Positions 9,959 to 23,800 of a stretch of 64,000 nt of DNA are shown one piece after another (the stretch's first letter is position 1; each line of letters starts with the position of its first letter). Below the pieces are notes generated by a model that saw only the letters and a program-made list of their open reading frames with translations, did not search any database and was not told where the DNA came from. The position numbers and the translations under genes were made by a program. Origin of the DNA: Spizellomyces punctatus DAOM BR117 (Eukaryota); assembly GCA_000182565.2 (NCBI GenBank), contig KQ257459.1; one strand, written 5' to 3'.

Positions 9959-12102
9959 ATGGACATGGACGGATCCTTCTTGATTTGTTTATTGGTTGCT
10001 CTGATAACTCTTTTGGTCACCCCTGGTACAAGCACCCCGCTTCACAAACGCCAATTGCCCGTTCCGAGTTCCTATGCTCCAAACTACACTGAATGCCCTT
10101 CGGGTTCGATTATCCGATCGGGCGTCAGCGTGAGCAATGAAGAAAGGCAGTGGGTACAAAAGAGGGATACGGTTATGTCAGAGTTGTGGCGAGCAAGGAA
10201 TGTGAGTGGGGTAGTGCCCAGAGTCGGGATTGCTATTAGTGGTGGTGGGTACAGGTACGTACTTTGACGGAATTAGGGCGAAGAGAAATGAATATTACTC
10301 AACCTTAACTTACTGAGCAGAGCTATGTTATATGGTGCATCCATCATCTCTGCCATGTCCAGTACAACACCCAACAACACCTCTCCTGCAGCAGGAATTT
10401 TCGAGCTATCCACATACCTGAGTGGGCTATCCGGCGGATCATGGCTCGTGTCTTCACTCTACAGCACCTCTCCATTCCCAACGCTCACTCCTCAAAATCT
10501 TTCGCACATCTGGTCACTCCAAGTCAATCTCCTTCGTCCTACCAGTGGGCTCATAGACACTACGGAGGTCTATAGAGACATTTCAAAAGACGTCGACGAC
10601 AAGTACAATGCCGGGTTTCCTGTATCGATTACAGATGTATGGGGACGACTGGTGGGCTTGCATTTGAACCCCGGGGGTGAGCAAGAAGCTGCCGAGGCAG
10701 ACATCAAGGATACGCCGCTGTGGTCGAGTGTGGTCAGCGCAAACGAGTTTGGCGCTGCTCAGATACCATATCCAGTTATTACCACAGTGCAGAGGAGTGA
10801 AGGCGAGGCCCATGTCACCGTCATGGCAAATATTGTGAGTTTCAATTCAGTGGAATCTGTACCTGATGGGTCTCATGATATGCTTGCTTAATTATTTGGT
10901 GGTTTTTATTTGTAGTGGGAGTTCAACGTTTATGAGACCGGCTCGTATGATGATTCCATAAAGTCTTTCATTCAGACAAAATATCTTGGCACGTATCTTT
11001 CAAATGGTACTGCCCAGCATCGCCCAGAAAACACTGATACCAGGCGCAATACCAGGTACAATGCTTCATGTAGTTGGCCTGCTTTCAATTGCACTCGTAA
11101 ATCAAACATCCTTTTACCAGCATCACCCGCCAACCCCCTTGCGTGACAAGCTTTGACCAAACTGGTTTCTTAGCCGGCACATCCTCCTCTCTCTTCAACG
11201 TGGAAGTAGCGGGTCTTGGTTTCATTATCGAAACCTTGAGCGGCATTCTTTCTTCCCGTGGTATAGACACAGCATTGATTCCCAATCCCTTTGCATCACT
11301 CCCAACAGTAAATGGATCCATCGCTACGCCCACCCAACTCGAACTGGTCGACGGAGGCGAGGGAGGACAAAACATACCGTTATGGCCCTTAGTCATTCCC
11401 GATCGTTCCGTGGATCTCATATTTGCCGTGGATTCGTCCAATGATGGAGCAGGTTATCCCAACGGGACCAGTCTGATTATTACCAAGCAATACGCCGGAT
11501 GGAAGGGCGTGGATACGTGGTTCCCACCTGTACCGTCCACCCCAGAGGCTTTTATTGCCCAGGGTTTACATCGAAAGATGACGGTTTTCGGTTGCGCTGG
11601 GTTAGCAAACAATGGAGGTGGTGGTGGGAATTATACTGGCCCAATGGTCATTTACGTTCCAAACCGAGAGGTAACATACGCAACCAACCACTCGACCTTT
11701 AAACTCGAGTACACCATGGACGAAATAACTGGCTACTTTACGAACGGCGCAGCTCTGATGAGCGATAACCCGTCCAACGCTACCGCACCTCCGTGGTCTA
11801 CCTGTCTCCCCTGCATCCTATCCGCTCCACTTTACCGTAACGGCTCAGCAACGCCTTCCCAAGACTGCCAAACGTGCCTTAAGGCCCATTGTTGGGACGG
11901 AAGTGAGACGGGTACACCCCCTGGTGCGGGGATGGGCCCCCCAGCTACGAGGGGATACACGGGCCAAGGGCCACCGCCGAGCATTCCGTTTGTGACAGCT
12001 GACAATGAGGGAACTGCAAATGCGGGAACGCGTAGGATGGCGGGTGGGAGGTGGTGGTCTGTGGGATTTGTGGTAGGGGTTATCGCGACCTTCCTTATGT
12101 GA
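9959..12102 (+). CDS. PLB1: Lysophospholipase / phospholipase B, secreted, probably GPI-anchored (multi-exon)
   Basis: Signal peptide, SGGGYR, catalytic GLSGGSW, LVDGGEGGQNIPLWPL, DLIFAVDSS and a hydrophobic C-terminal tail. Confidence 0.9.
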
Positions 12103-12277
12103 TCGGATGTGCACCTCGGACACTGGAATATAAGTATCTATAAAATAATGGTGCGCTGAAAATGAAATGTTTTTAACCCAAATGTACGTAGCTCACATTG
12201 AAGGAAGGAATTCATTGCAAGTAACAAAGTAACAATCTAGACACGCTGATAATAAGGTGTGCTGTAAATTTTTCCAA

Positions 12278-12351
12278 GGCCGCGTGGCGCAATGGACTAG
12301 CGTATTGGACTTCGGATCCAAAGGTTGCGGGTTCGAGTCCCGTCGTGGTCG
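12278..12351 (+). tRNA. tRNA-Arg (anticodon TCG)
   Basis: Cloverleaf GGCCGCG..CGTGGTC, anticodon arm TTGGA-CTTCGGA-TCCAA, T-loop GTTCGAG, downstream T-run. Confidence 0.95.
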
Positions 12352-13003
12352 TTCGGGTCCCCTTTAATAATCTTTTTTTTCATTTCGACCTTTTTCCTGT
12401 GTTGCCCTACGATGGCTACTGTCCCTAGGATGAGATCTTGGGTGTCTTCATCCTGGCAGCCCTTGGTTTACCAGCGGAATTTGTCGTGTCAACAGGCTTT
12501 ACATCTGTATTACGTGAATGAAAGACAGTGTTGGTAAACGTATCATAGAATCGGCTAGAGACGGTTTCCAAGTAAAAGTCAAAAGAATACATTTAACTGA
12601 CTACGTTTCTAGTCGACTTATTTTCTTTCGTCTCATGTATTAATAAATTGTGCAACTTGGTATTCGAATAGGTTGTATTGCTTCTAACCAAGATAAATAC
12701 AATTGGAAAATGCCACGATGACATCACCACGCCGATGGAATGGAAAATCTCGCATAACCTTCCTGCAGCTACCAACTAGCACGCGACGTTTCACATGGCA
12801 TATCTATAAGGTTATTCATGTATCAAACGCAATTAAAATCTCTTTATACGGACTGCGCCATTTAAACTATTAACGTAGATGGGGAAGAATTAATTTCCGG
12901 AATATATACAGCATCAGTGTGTGGCAAAAGAATGCATGATGGAATGAGGTACGACTTGTAAGCATTGGAAGGTAAGGATCAGCGTGAATACGAATTCTCT
13001 AGA

Positions 13004-14571
13004 TCAGTAGTCGATTGCCCAGCCGTTTCTGTCGAGATGGAAAGGTCAAGGACTACTCATAGTTAAAAGTGCGATTGGAGACCAGCTTACTTGTCCAAAA
13101 AGTCCCCAATTGCCTCTATTACAAGTGAAGATTAATCTTGAGTCCACAATGCTCATCTTTGTATTGCAGCTGCACCTACCTTTCAATGCCAAATTGGGTA
13201 TCAAATCCTTTTCAGTCATCGGGTGTCGGCTCAACGGATCAAACTGCCCAATCTTTCGTAAATGTGAAACAATCTCTGGTCGATCGTATGTTATCCCGCT
13301 GGGCGTAATGACGGGGTCCGTCATGATTTCGAATGAGATCTAGAGGCATGTTAGAGCATATCACTACGATGCATTTCAGGTTTTGTATGTACCTTTCCGG
13401 TGTAGTAATCAGGCACTTCGCGTTTCTGTACTCGTAAGGATGAGAATACGCTTCTGCTGTAAGAACCGGGATAGTCGGCTAACCTTTGCTGTTTCATCAG
13501 CTTTAGTGAACAAAGCTGTTATTTCAGACAAGCGGTTGTCCTGTTCCGAACACGCGATCAGAGTCAGCCAGAACGCCAAACTCGACTCTACATTCCCAAA
13601 ACTTACAAATTGACTGGACATCGCCTCCTTCTCCGCATCGTCAGCTGAATCCAACTGTTCTAATTGTCTACGGCACACTTCAGAGTTTGTCACCTAAGAA
13701 GACCTGCGCCAGTATGACTTACCTTCGTCGATCCCTCTCCACAAGATCTGTGAGATATCGGTATAGTTCTGATTCCGACTCTCGTCGTTTCTTATCAGTC
13801 AACTCCCATTTCCTTTTCTTGGCCTCACGGAGCTTTTCAGCGATCTCTTCTGAATAGCCTACACGCTGTTCAATGGACAGTTTGTATGCTACGGAAGGGA
13901 ATCGGGTTAGGAGTCGTAGTGATCTCAGATCAAACGTCGACGGTAGAGAGTACAGGTACGTGGAAACTAACCTTTGGTGAGGGCGTGAATGGCACCTTCC
14001 AGGCGAGTATCGATGGCTGATAATGCTTGTCCCAGCTAGATGAATTTCTTGCGTCAGAGAAAGCCACACCAGTTCATGGTCAACTCCACATACCAAATAG
14101 TGCCCCTTCACTGTCAGCAAAATCAAGGCAACGGTCATCACAATTGTCATGCACAAAGGCGTTGGACCATTTCATTCGTACCCAATTTTGGATCTATCTC
14201 GATAGCCTTTTCCGCATCTGTTATTGCTCTCTCATACTGCTCTAACCGGAGAAAACATAGCGCTCGATTTGTATAGTAGGTGGGAATGGTCGGATTATGT
14301 ATCTGCAACAAAAAAGGGCGAAAGCAGAGTGTTAGGATCATGAGCGTCAGATGTACGATGGTTCAAGATTAGGCGAATCAAGAGTATCTCAACACATACG
14401 ATCGCCACAGGGAACGGAAGGCAGCTCCCTAAGCTCCTTAGCCACTAGCATTCCATACCGCATGAACAGGACACCTACTATAGCCTTGCCATATTCCCGT
14501 ATCGCATCGTCATACAGGTGCTGTCCAAAATAGACATTGCCTTGCAGCTTGTGTGATTCAGCTTGAGACAT
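13004..14571 (-). CDS. STUB1: CHIP-like TPR/U-box E3 ubiquitin ligase (multi-exon)
   Basis: TPR motifs ([39 protein letters not shown]), U-box [30 protein letters not shown]-terminal NGWAIDY*. Confidence 0.9.
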
Positions 14572-15416
14572 CTCGGACAGGCCAGAGTCGGATGGGGTGG
14601 ATTACCCGTTGAAAGATAGTAAATATCTATTGACAAATGACAAACCCTAAATCTGTGAATCTAACTGCTATCTAGGATTTGAAGCTAGCCAAACGCCTCA
14701 CCCCGGTACTCGGGCTGTGGCACAGCTAGGAATTGCGTGATCAACTTTATTTTTAGAACACTACCAGATGACAAATCAGGAACACCTTTTTCTGCGTGAA
14801 GCACCTTCGGACAGACATGCAATAGACTTGCTGGCAAAAGCCCATTATCATTTTTGAATAAAGGATAAAATGGAGAGATTGTTCATAGCGTTGGGAAATG
14901 GTCCTTTAGCAACTGAATTAATGCTAATTGGGAACTATATTGGATTTGCTGCGGAATGTAAATTTGTTAAGACATGACACCTGTATAATCCGTCGTATGA
15001 TCGACTTGCTCAATGGATAATAATGCTAGAAGCAACATGTCGGTGGTTGGATCCCATTTTGCGGATAAAAAAGATGAGTGTTAATCAGTTGAAAGAACCC
15101 TTGGTACGTGGGTTAGTCACACGTTCGGATTCCGATGTCCGCGGAACGATCGAATTCCGAGAATTGGACCATAGCCAAAAAAAAGTTATTGTTGATGAGC
15201 GAGATTTGACGTCGATTTCCCTTTGTTTAAAAACTGAGGGATGCGATCAGATCCCTTTCACACCCACTCACCCCCACCTATTGGCTGGCATTTGTCGAGC
15301 CTTTGGGCAAGGCAACATTTCCCCTTAATCCCCGTAACAGTCCGTCCTTGTTATTATCTTTATTTACGCATCTCATCATTTTGCATCGTACATCTCCTAA
15401 TCAAATATCGACAAAA

Positions 15417-18400
15417 ATGTCCAACGCGGACCTCCCTCACATTAGCCAAGATGCTGGTGAAGACGGAACACCTTTGGTCAGAACAAACACAACTGGCCGT
15501 GTCATTTGGCAGGGACGCCTGTCCGGTGAACAGGCACGTCCACTAGACGCCCCAGACGAAATCGTGGTCGGGTTGCCGTCGCAAACGTCCGAAAGTCAGG
15601 CAGGACAAAGTCCACCACAGGAACCCGAACCAAACCTGGAGAGCGTGATAGAAGTTCGAGAAACGTCCGCGAATGATACTCATGATGCGCGGCCGCCTCA
15701 ACCGGACCGTGTTCAAAGCTTGACGTCGTACCAGCGTGAAATGGCTTTTGGTGAGCCATTGGCTGTAAAGAAATATGTCAAGGGCGAAGCTGGCGAAATA
15801 TTCGAAGAGGTGTCGGATGATGAGGAAGAAACCGATGAAGGTATCGTGGCGGACGCGCCGTACAAAGTTGAAGATCATGATGTGCCAATGAACGACATTT
15901 CCAAGAAGAAATCTCGGTCGTCGCTGGCGAGTGGAAAGAGTGGAAAAAGAAGAAAGGGTGGAGTCGACCCTCGCAAAGACGATTTCGATTTCGAAGCTTG
16001 GTTACATTATCGTCAGAAGAAATACAATGAAGCGGGCTTTATTGTACCGGAAGTCATCCTCACCTACAAGGACCTGGCCGTGTTTGGAGATCCTGTTGTC
16101 CAGCCATATATCGAGACAGTAGGAAAAGCGATCCTGAATACGATCAATATAGTGCCCCCTATCCGCCGAATGACTAGGTCTCTGGCAGGCAATCCACTGC
16201 CAAAACCCGAGAACAGACAGATACTATACCCAATGAACGGATTCTGCAAACCAGGCGAAATGACACTGGTCCTCGGTCGTCCGGGCGCAGGCTGCTCAAC
16301 ACTCCTTCGCACGTTGGCCAATGTTACGGAGGGCTTGTCTGAAGTGAGGGGAGACGTGGCATTCAACGGGATCGACAACAAGACGTTCAAAAAACAGTAT
16401 AGTTCCTCAGTTGCCTACAACCCCGAAACCGATCCTCACTTTGCAAGCTTAACTGTGCGCCAGACACTGCGGTTTGCGCTCGAATGCCGAATCGGCGGTG
16501 CTGTAGAGGAACGAAGACGAGAGCGTATTGAAGAGTGGATCGATGTGTGTGTGAGAGTGTTTGGACTGCAGAATTGCGCAGATACGAAAGTCGGGGATGA
16601 AATGATTCGAGGTTGTTCTGGTGGTGAAAAGAAGCGCGTGTCCATCGCCGAGCAGTTGTGTGTGGCTGCCTCAATGGGATTCTGGGATGGTTCAACCAAA
16701 GGTCTTGATTCGTCTTCCGCTCTCGACTTTGTGCGCGCTCTCCGGGTCCTGACGGATATTACCCAAACGGGCAATGTCTTGTCACTATATCAAGCATCTC
16801 AAGACATTTATGATCTGTTCGACAAGGTGTGCTTGATCGCCGATGGTCGATGCATCTACTTTGGCCCTGCCAAGGATGCCAAGCCCTACTTTGAATCCAT
16901 TGGATTCTTCTGCCCCAAACGAAAGGTAACGCCAGACTTTTTAACTGGTATTACCGAACCGATGGAGAGGGATGTGCAAAAGGGCTGGGAAAGTAAAGTA
17001 CCCAATACTACTGAAGAGTTTGAAGCGATGTTCCGTCAAAGCGATGTGTTTAGAAGAATGGAAAAGGACCGGGAGGCTTTGTTGAATGATGTCAAGGTTG
17101 GAAGACGTGGGTCGATCTTCGGAAAGCAGGTGCTATCGAACAAGCAAGTACTCGGTCGAGATGACTTGCTTAAGACACAGTACACGACGTCGTTGTGGCA
17201 ACAGATCAAGGCCAATTTCAAGCGTGAAGTTAACCTGCAGAAGGGTAACGTCGCATTGATCGGCCGTGTGTTCTTTGATACCTTCATGGCGGTGGGTGCA
17301 AGAGGCGTATATCCGCTGCTATTCGTGGTTCATTACTGACAAGCCTGCGCAGATTATCATCGGTTCAGCATTCTTCCAACTCGAACCTAACGTCTCCGGT
17401 GCTTTCTCACGAGGTGGTGTACTCTTCTTCGCCCTACTGTACAACTGCTTCGGTGCCCTCGCGTCTGTTCCGCTGGTGATCCAAGGACGTGCTGTGGCAG
17501 CCAAGCACAAGTCGTATAAGCTTTACAGGACGTATATCTCACCGCTTATCATGCAAGCTGTGGATATTCCGGTTTCAATCGTGATGATTATTATTTGGAG
17601 TTGTATCAACTACTGGTAAGTTCCAGTATGGAAGAGCGATAAAGAATTCATTAGTATTGAGTCTGCTTTTCTGGGCAATAGGATGGTCGGCTTGAAGGCT
17701 ACTGCTGGAGCATTCTTCTCCTACATGGCGTTCCTCTTTGCCGCTAACCAAGCCTTTGGTGGGATGGTGCGCATCGTAGCCTCTTTGGCACCAAACCTGG
17801 AAGCCGCGACGCAAATCAACGGTATCTTCCTTCTATTCTTCATTCTATATACCGGATATATCATTCCGTATCCCTCGATGCAACCGGTCTTGAAGTACAT
17901 CTTTTGGATCAACCCCCTTGCGTACGGTCTAAGAGCGCTATTGGAAAACGAGTTTGACGGACAGCAAATTAATTGTGACGGTGCATTCTTACCTCCATAT
18001 CCCAATGTTCCTGATGCAAACAAGGGATGTGCTATGAAGGGTTCCGTCCCTGGCCAGCCGTACGTGGACGGTATGGCCTACCTTCGGGAGAGCTTTGGAT
18101 ACGGCGCCTACAACCGCTGGTTCAATTTTCTGATTCTGATGGGATTCTGGGTCGTGATTATTTTTGGAATGATGGCTGCAAACAAGTATGTTGACTATTC
18201 TCCCCGATCTTACTCGATCAACATGTGGAAAAAGGCCAAGGACCTTGCCGGCCGTCCGGGACGGAAACACAAGGGGGCGACACAGCAGCAAAATGGTCCT
18301 GCAGATTTGGAGCGCGGACCGGATGGTTCTTCTGTACCCACCTCTGGGGACCCAAACAGCGCCGAGCGCACCGCCGCAAAGGTTGGAGGAATAATCAGAG

Positions 18401-20600
18401 CCGAGGCTTTCACATGGAAACATATCAATTATACTGTTCCTACCAAAGATGGACCGAAACAATTGCTGAACGATGTGTCTGGTTATGTGCGCCCGGGAGA
18501 ATTGACCGCATTGATGGGATCGTCCGGTGCGGGTAAAACAACCCTCATTGACGCAATCACCCAGCGTAAGACAATTGGCAAACTTGAGGGGCAGATTTAC
18601 GTTGGCACACATCCTCAGGACAATCTTTTCAAGAAGAACACTGCTTACTGTGAGCAAATGGATGTGCATAATCCGGGTACAAGTGTTAGAGAAGCTCTCC
18701 GGTTTTCCGCCAGATTGCGTCAAGAACATTCGGTGCCTCTGGAGGAAAAGTATGCGTTCGTCGAGACTGTCATTGGGCTTTTAGAGCTGGAGCCCATTGC
18801 AGACGCCGTGATCGGTGACTCTGCAACCGGTGTCGGTATCTCCAACGAGCAGCGAAAACGAGTTACTATTGGTGTCGAGCTCGTTGCCAAGCCGAAAATT
18901 CTCTTCTTGGATGAACCAACGTCTGGTCTGGACTCGCAAGCCGCTTTCAACATTATTCGTTTGCTCCGCAACCTTGCCAACAGTGGCCAAGCCATCCTGT
19001 GTACCATCCACCAACCGAGTGCGGTTCTCTTTGAACAGTTCGACAGTCTCCTCCTTCTTGCCCGCGGCGGGCGCGTAGTCTATTTTGGCGAACTCGGTCA
19101 AGATTGCGAAAAGATTACTGGTTATTTTGAAAGCCAAGGCGCTCCACCATGTCCACCCACCGCAAACGTAGCCGAATACATGTTGGATGTCATTGGGGCA
19201 GGAACAGCTCGTCGGGATGCAACAAGAGATTGGCCAGAGCTGTGGAAGGAGAATCCACGATTCCAACAGAATCTAGACAAGATTGATGAAATCCGTGGTG
19301 TGGGTGATACTGGAGCAAAAGACGTATCGCAAGCGGTGCATTTGAGGGGAAAAGCCAAAAGGGAACAGTTTGCTGCGCCATTTTCGACCCAGTTGGGCGT
19401 TGTTTGGAAGAGGATGCTGATATCATATTGGAGAAAGTGAGTATCGCTTATGGCCCTGTGACACGAGTCCGTGTGTTGAACTCATGTTTTTTTTTTGTTT
19501 TGTTTAGCCCGGAGTACAATTATGGACGAGTGCTCTCTCAAATCATGGCTGCTCTTCTCATTGGATTCACCTTCTTCCAATTGACCAACTCTGTAACGGA
19601 CATGCAGAATAAAGTCTTTGCCATCTTCATGGCTATGACGATTGGTGCCTTATTGATCAGTGAGTTTCCGTGTTCTCCCTTAATGTTATCTGCTATGGCA
19701 ACGCTGATTGGTTTTTCATAAGATTTGGTACAGCCGAACTATATTCGCAACAGGTCCTGGTTTACGCGAGAAGCGGCTGCAGGCTTTTATGACTGGAAAG
19801 CCTTTGCACTATCTATTACAACCGCTGAGATCCCCTTTGCTCTCCTTGCTGCAACGTGTTTCTTTGTGATCTTCTACTTCTTGGCTGGGGTATGTTTTTA
19901 CACGCTGTGGAATTGGCTGACATGTCATTTTCGATACTAAATAGTCCGGTTTTATCTCTGTAGTTGAACGGAGATTCTTCCCGTGCCTTTTACTTTTGGC
20001 TCATTTACGTTGTGTTCAACTTCTTTGGCGTTTCGCTTGGACAAATGATTGCCGCCGTGTCTCCCACCCTGCAGTTTGCTGCCGTTTTGAATCCATTCTT
20101 CTTGTCGATGCAAATGCTTTTCTGTGGAGTAACCAGTACGTTGATATCTGCCACATGTGTTTTGACGTCTGACGCACTCTTAGTAATTGATCTGTAAACC
20201 AACAGTAACATACGCGGCGATGCCCAAATTCTGGCGTTCTTGGCTCTACCACATCGATCCTTTCCGCTACTTTGTGGAAGGCGTAATTGGAAATGAACTT
20301 GGCGGGGTACCAGTAACTTGCGAAGGAAACGAAGTGACCATCATCTATCCTCCTTCCGGCCAGACGTGCAGCCAATATTTCCAACCCTTCTTCCAGGCGG
20401 GTGGTCCTGGCCAATTGCGCGATCCCTCTTCCAGCAGTGTCTGCGAGTACTGCATGTATGCTGTGGGTGACCAGTTTGTCGAACGGCTCGGTTGGTCTTT
20501 TGACAACCGATGGAGGAACTTTGGGATTTTGTGTGGGTTCTGGGCTTTCAATATTGTTGCCGTTGCCCTTTTGGTGAGACTATATAGGACTGGGCGCTAA
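15417..20600 (+). CDS. Full-size ABCG/PDR-type ABC transporter (multi-exon)
   Basis: NBD1 GRPGAGCST and CSGGEKKRVSIAE; NBD2 GSSGAGKTT, EQRKRVTIGVELVAKP and LDEPTSGLDSQ; two TMDs in NBD-TMD-NBD-TMD order. Confidence 0.95.
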
Positions 20601-20847
20601 AGGACATGCTACATATTATCTAGACCACACTTTTTACTTGCCACAATAATATTATTTCTTTCGGAGGTTCAGTTCGCAGCAATACAGTAGTTCTTTAATG
20701 GATAATCTGTCTGAGCGAGGCTTATCCCAGTTGACCATCACGTGATGAGCTCCCAAATGACAATCCTCCCTCACCTCAAAGTGATCTGCCCAGCTGCCAT
20801 CAGATCTACGAGTGCCTGCTCCGCTTGTTCAGATATATTCTGACATT

Positions 20848-23800
20848 ATGGGGAGTCGGGAGGGACCTGCTGTTGAGGAAGTTGAGGGCGAGCCTGTCGC
20901 TCAGACGGTAAGTACTGCGAAGAGTTGTGCATGGCTGGCAAACGAAACGAGCTGCAGACAAGTAGTCAGTCATCTTGAGACGGTTCCCTGCTCTATACTG
21001 GTACCAGACGCATTTGGGAGGGAGGGGATAGCGACACGAGATGCTCCCTCGCGCGGATCTCATGCATGTCTCGAATGAAAACTACAGTCTGATTGACATA
21101 ATTTGTCCCCCACCTGCAGTGGCTCCAGTTTAAACCCTTGCAGCTGGACGCAAGGCTCAAGGTATCTGATCCACTTGATGTTGGCGACTATCCGTCTCTC
21201 TTGGCAGTATCCTCGCGATATGGATATGCTGTATTCGGGACCACCAAAGGTTGTAGAACTTTGCTCGCACTTGCTGAATCCATTCCTCTGACATGAGAGT
21301 TGGTCGTAGGATATACCTTTGTTCGTGTCAAGGACGTCCGAGCCTCGCTGAATAGTGCGGCAAAGGGATCGGTAGTACCTATTAAGAATGCAGTGGAAGT
21401 GGAGATACCCGATGATGTTGTTACCCGCATCATACTGGACACGACCGAGTTGATGGTCATTGTTTATACCCGGGCAGGGAAGATCCTTCTCTATGCTGTA
21501 CCTGGATTGTTGGAAGGAGTAAGGATCTGTATTTGGAGCTGATATATTCTATCGATCTCACGCTTCTTTGAAATATTGTTTTGTAGGAAAACAGGGCCAC
21601 ATCGACTTTTGACTTGGGGTCCAATGTTCTTGATTTGCGAATGAATCCGGGTGCATTTCCGAAAGCTGCTGCAGCATTACTGGAAGACGGATCTGTATCC
21701 CTCCTTACTTTGGAACAGGATGGGAAGATTACAAGGAGTCCCTTGGTCAGCGATGCTTGTTCGAGTAAGTTTGAGAGCGTTGTTTATCGATCCTCAAAGC
21801 ACCCTGTCAATGAGATTTTCTTGCAGTTTGCTGGAGTCAAAAGGGGAAGCAATTGGCCTGTGGACTCAAAGATGGCAGCGTCGTACAAGTCGCGCCTGAA
21901 GGAACGATTACGAACACCATCCCTCCTCCCCCAGCATTGGTGTCAAACTATCCCGTAAAAGGTATGCATTACTGACGTTTCCCCCCTATTTAACGGATTC
22001 TAAGCGCTTGATAGTGAGCTCTGTTCAGTGGTTGCACAAGCGGATGTTTGCTGTTATCTATCAAGCATCACAAGAAGATGCGAATGAGCCAAGTCCTTTA
22101 TTCATCATTACCCAAACTCCTATAACGACGGTTTGTCTGCACTGATTGTTTGTAGTTTGATGGCTCTTTTCGTAACTTTGTTGATACTTAGGAAGGGCCT
22201 TTGAAGACAAAATATATTCAGCTTGATGAGCCATTGTTTCCAGATACGGATCGAAAGAGTCAGTATTTTACGGAGGCAATTAAATCACTGTGAGTGAAGA
22301 ATTTGGATTGTGGTGTCTTTTCAAAGCCCTGACAGCATGCGTACAAAGATGTTCAGATATACCACTGCTCCTTGCCATTGCGAACGCCTACTCTACTGAC
22401 ATAGCCTTTGCCGGCGCAGCTGATGCCACATCCAGCCAATTCGGGAATTTCATCCTAGAGGAAGGATCAGGCATCATGCTTCCACTGGACGAAAACGAGG
22501 AAAATACGTGGGTGGTGGGAATGGGAATCGACTTCACCAGCGATGAGCCCGTTCCGGCGCCAACACCGGACCGACAACCATCGCCCTCTGTTCCCATTTT
22601 ATTGGTTTATACAAATGCGGGAGAGCTAGCGGCATACCATTGCCTGGATGTACAGGCTGCCGACAAGGGGGACAGATGCACGACGATGCGCACCGTTGAA
22701 GCCTTACCTACACGAGACGCGGCCGGCGCTGTTGGCCTTGCACAAAGCGAAGGTCAATCACAGTCAACTGAGGCGAAAAAATTAGTGACACAGGGGATAC
22801 GACTCCCGGAGACAGGAGATCTGTCCTCGGGTACTCCAACACCTAAGGCGTCGTCCTTTGGAGGATTCTTCCAACCTCAAGCGCAAGTGCAGAAAGGTGC
22901 CCCTGCTCAACCTGCTTTTACAGGCTTTGGCACGCCTCCTGTGCCGGCTACAAGTGTTGATGCAACAAAGGCAACTGCTGGATTCGGGTTTGGGAATGGT
23001 AGGTTGGGCGCTCCGGTGACTGCTGAGGGGTCTCCCGGGTTAACAGCAAAGCCTGCAGCAAGTGATGTCTCCTCTGGAGTGACAGAGAAGGCATCATCGG
23101 TGAAGCCTGCATCGATAGGGTTTGGGTTTCCTTCTGCGTCGGGATTTGGCACGATGACAAGTGCACCACAACCTGCTTCGACTGGGTTTGGATTCCCTTC
23201 AGCATCGACCGGGCTTGGTACGACAACGACAACGACACCGACAACTACACAGCCCGCATCAGCAGGGTTTGCATTCTCATCCGTATCAGCAGACGGTACC
23301 GTGACGCCACCCGCAACACAGCCTCCATCGAAAGTGTTTGCATTCCCTTCTGCGTCCACAGGATCAGGCACCGCGACAGTTACAACACCACCTGCATCGA
23401 AAGGATTTGGATTCCCTTCTGCATCGGCAGGATTGGGTGCCATTACAACCACGCAACAACCTGGATCGACAGGACTTGAATTCCCCTCTGCATCACTAGG
23501 ACAGACCCCGACGACAACCACGCAGAAGCCTGGCTTAACCGGATTTGAGTTTCCTTCTGCATCCTCGGCCAGTACGGCGGCGACAACACAACAGCCCGCA
23601 TTGGGGGGTTTTGCATTTCCTCCTGTGTCTGCAGGGGGTAATCTCACGATGTCAAAGCAAACCGCAGCCGCTGGACTGAACAAGGCTGGACCCACAGCAC
23701 CAGCTCCTATGGTTACCTCATCAAAACCGGCCACCACGTTTCCTGCATTCTCAGCCGCCGGCGCTTCGTCTGCAAGTAACATTTTAGGAGGATCCAAGCC